A DNA stretch of 64,000 nt, taken from the NCBI RefSeq assembly GCF_902713615.1, contig NC_052146.1, forward strand, positions 295,252,000 to 295,315,999. The letters run 5' to 3'. The position numbers and the translations under genes were made by a program. Shown piece after piece: positions 61,260 to 64,000 of the stretch. The stretch is from Scyliorhinus canicula. Taxonomy: Eukaryota. The notes below the pieces were generated by a model. That model did not search any database, was not told where the DNA came from, and worked only from the letters and a program-made list of their open reading frames with translations. Numbering within the stretch: position 1 is the stretch's first letter; each line of letters opens with the position of its first letter.

Positions 61260-62805
61260 AAAGGTAAAATCACATGGGATCAGAGGAGAGCTGGCAAGTT
61301 GGATACAGAACTGGCTTGGGCACAGAGGACAGAGGGTAGCAGTAGATGGGTGCTTTTCTGAATGAAGGCTGTGACTAGCGGCGTTCCACATGGATCAGTT
61401 CTGGGGCCTTTGTTGTTTGTGGTGTATATAAATGATTTGGAAGTAAATGTAGCTGGTCTGATTAGTAAGTTCGCAGACGACACAAAAATTGATGGAGTTG
61501 CGGATCGTGAACAGGATTGTCAGAGGATACAGCAGGATATAAACTGGTTGGAGTTTTGGGCGGTGAAATGGCAGATGGGAGTTTAATCCGGACAAGTGTG
61601 AGGTAATGCACTTTGGAAGGTCCAACACATGTAGGAATTACACAATAAAAAAGGAAGCTTACGTAAGGTTGAGGAAGCAAGGATCTGACATGGCTCTAGA
61701 GGGTTACAAGGTAGCCAGGAAGGAACTCAAAAATGGACTTAGGAGAGCTAGAAGGGGGCATGAAAAAGCCCTGGTGGGAAGGATTAGGGAAAACCCCAAG
61801 GAGTTCTACACATGTGAAAAATAAGAGGATGATCAGAGTGAGAGCACACCGATCAGGTATAGTGGAGGGAACTTGTGCCTAAGGAGTCTGAGGAGATAGG
61901 GGAGGCCCTAAATGAATATTTTGCTTCAGTATTCACCAGAGAGAGGGACCTTGTTGCTCATGAGAACAGCATGAACCAGGTTAATAGACCCAAATAGGTT
62001 GATATTAAGGAGGATGTGCTGGAAATTTTGAAAACATCAGGATAGATAAGTCCCCTGGGCCTGACGGGCCTGGTCCAAGGTTACTACGGGAAGCAAGGGA
62101 GGAGATTGCTACGCCGTTGGCGACGATCTTTGTGTCCTCACTCTCCACTGGAGTAGTACCGGATGATTGGAGGGAGGCGAATGTTGTTCCCCTGTTCAAG
62201 AAAGGGAATAGGAAAATCCTTGGGAATTATAGACCAATCAGTCTTACGTCTGAGGAGAGCAAAATATTGGAAAGGATTCTGAGAGATTGGATTTATGATT
62301 ATTTAGAAAATCATAGTTTGATTTAAGGTACTCAGCATAGCTTTGTGATGGGTAAGTCATGCCTCACAAGCCTCATTCGAAGATGTGACGAGACACATTG
62401 ATGAAGGTCGGGCAGTGGATGTGGTGTATATGGATTTCAGTAAAGCATTTGATAAGGTTCATCATGGTAGGTTCATTCAGAGAGTTAGGGGGCATGGGAT
62501 ACAGCGAAATTTGGCTGTCTGGATACAGAATTGCCTGGCGGAAAAAAAGACTGCGAGTGGCAGTGGATAGAAAGTATTCCACCTGGAGGTCGGTGACCAG
62601 TGGTGTCCCACAGGGATCTGTTCTGGGACCTCAGCTCTTTGTGGTTTTTATAAATGACTTGGATGAGGAAGTGAAAGGGTGGGTTTGTAAGTTTGCCGAT
62701 GACACAAAGTTTGGTAGAGTTGTAGATAGTGTTGAGGGCTGTTGCAGGTTACAACAGGACACTGACAGGATGCAGAGCTGGGCTGAGAAGTAGCAGATGG
62801 AGTTA
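61260..62805 (+). mobile_element. Two abutting CR1 ORF2 fragments
   Basis: VTSGVPHGSVLGPLLF...KFADDTK (61362..61586), then the more N-terminal ENPK.F...VPDDWREANVVPLFKKG...DFSKAFDKV...KFADDTK. Confidence 0.85.
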
Positions 62806-64000
62806 GAACATAGAACAGTACAGCACAGAACAGGCCCTTTGGCCCTCGATGTTGTGCCGAACATTGTCCGAAACCAAGATCAAGCTATCCCACTCCCTGT
62901 CATTCTGGTGAGCTCCATGTGCCTATCCAATAACCGCTTGAAAGTTCCTAAAGTGTCCGACTCCACTATCACAGCAGGCAGTCCATTCCACACCCTAACC
63001 ACTCTCTGAGTAAAGAACTTACCTTGGACATCCCTCCTATATCTCCCACCCTGAATCTTATAGTTATGCTCCCTTGTAACAGCTACACCACCCGAGGAAA
63101 TAGTCTTTGAACGTCCACTCTATCGATCCCCTCATCATCTTATAAACGTCTATTAAGTTGCCTCTCATCCTCCTCCGCTCCAAAGAGAAAAGCCCTAGCT
63201 CCCTCAACCTTTCCTCATAAGACCTATCGTGCAAACCAGGCAGCACTCTGGTAAATCTCCTTTGCACCCTTTCCAATGCTTCCACATCCTTTCTATAGTG
63301 AGGTGACCAGAACTGCACACAATACTCCAAATGTGGTCTCACCAGGGTCATGTACAGTTGCAGCATAACCCCGCGGCTCTTAAACTCAAGCCACCTGTTA
63401 ATAAACGCTAACACACTATAAGCCTTCTTCACGGCTCTATCCACTTGAGTGGCAACCTTCAGAGATCTGTGGAAAGGAACCCCAAGATCTCTCTGTTCCT
63501 CCACATTCCTCAGAACCCTGTAATCCGCATTCAAATTTTTTCTACCAAAATGAATCACCTCGCACTTATCAGGGTTAAACTCCATCTGCCATTTTTCGGC
63601 CCAGCTCTGCATCCTATCAACGTCGATTTGCAGCCTACAACAGCCCTCCACCTCATCCACTACTCCACCAATCTTGGTGTCATCAGCAAATTTACTGACC
63701 CACCCTTCAGCCCCCTCCAAGTCTATGATGAAAATCACAAATAGCAGAGGACCCAGCACTGATCCCTGTGGTACACCGCTGGCAACTGGTCTCCAGTCTG
63801 AACATTTTCCATCCACCACCACCCTCTGTCTTTTATGTGATAGCCAGTTACTTATCCAATTGGCCAAATTTCCCTCTATCCCACACCTTCTTACTTTCTT
63901 CATTAGCCGACCATGGGGAACCTTATCAAATGCCTTACTAAAATCCATGTATACGACATCAACTGCTCTACCTTCTCAAAGTTACCTCCTCAAAGAATTC
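62805..64000 (-). mobile_element. CR1 LINE 3' portion (RT)
   Basis: ORF 63064..63948: DFSKAFDKVPH...GVPQGSVLGPLLF...KFADDTK...RPHLEYCVQFW. CR1 tail at 62805-62860. Confidence 0.9.

Noticed and set aside
58513-64000. ARV1 exon 1 (zinc-binding CIEC...ITIC segment)
   Set aside because: Not found; the region is mostly SINE and CR1 sequence, so exon 1 is presumably beyond the window.

Overview
Vertebrate genomic DNA, almost certainly from a shark (catshark-like), judged by the dense HE1-type V-SINEs, CR1/HER1-type LINEs and Penelope elements. Three intron-containing genes lie on the minus strand. (1) ARV1: coding exons 2-5 at 58512-53306; exon 1 was not found and is presumably beyond the window. 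(2) A divergent SYNJ2BP/OMP25-like single-PDZ gene: exons at 45855-45777, 23729-23593 and 20380-20282; its terminal exon is not securely found. (3) DESI2: first coding exon at 9154-9116, in a CpG island. That exon is flanked by a ~2.5-kb G-quadruplex-type minisatellite on the intron side and a 10 x 61-bp tandem array with a CTCF-like motif in each unit on the upstream side. Between ARV1 and the PDZ gene sits a processed LSM4 retrocopy with an 18-bp TSD, whose open frame has gained an ATG from the host SINE. The rest is mostly nested transposon debris: a decayed Gmr1-type (PR-IN-RT order) Gypsy element with both LTRs and a 4-bp TSD, solo LTRs, L1, CR1 and Rex1/Babar LINE fragments, GC-rich MITEs, and Penelope-like elements. 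The Penelope termini carry minimal hammerhead-ribozyme motifs of three sequence types, including a perfect 95-bp-arm palindrome with one hammerhead on each strand. All calls were made by eye; no searches were run.
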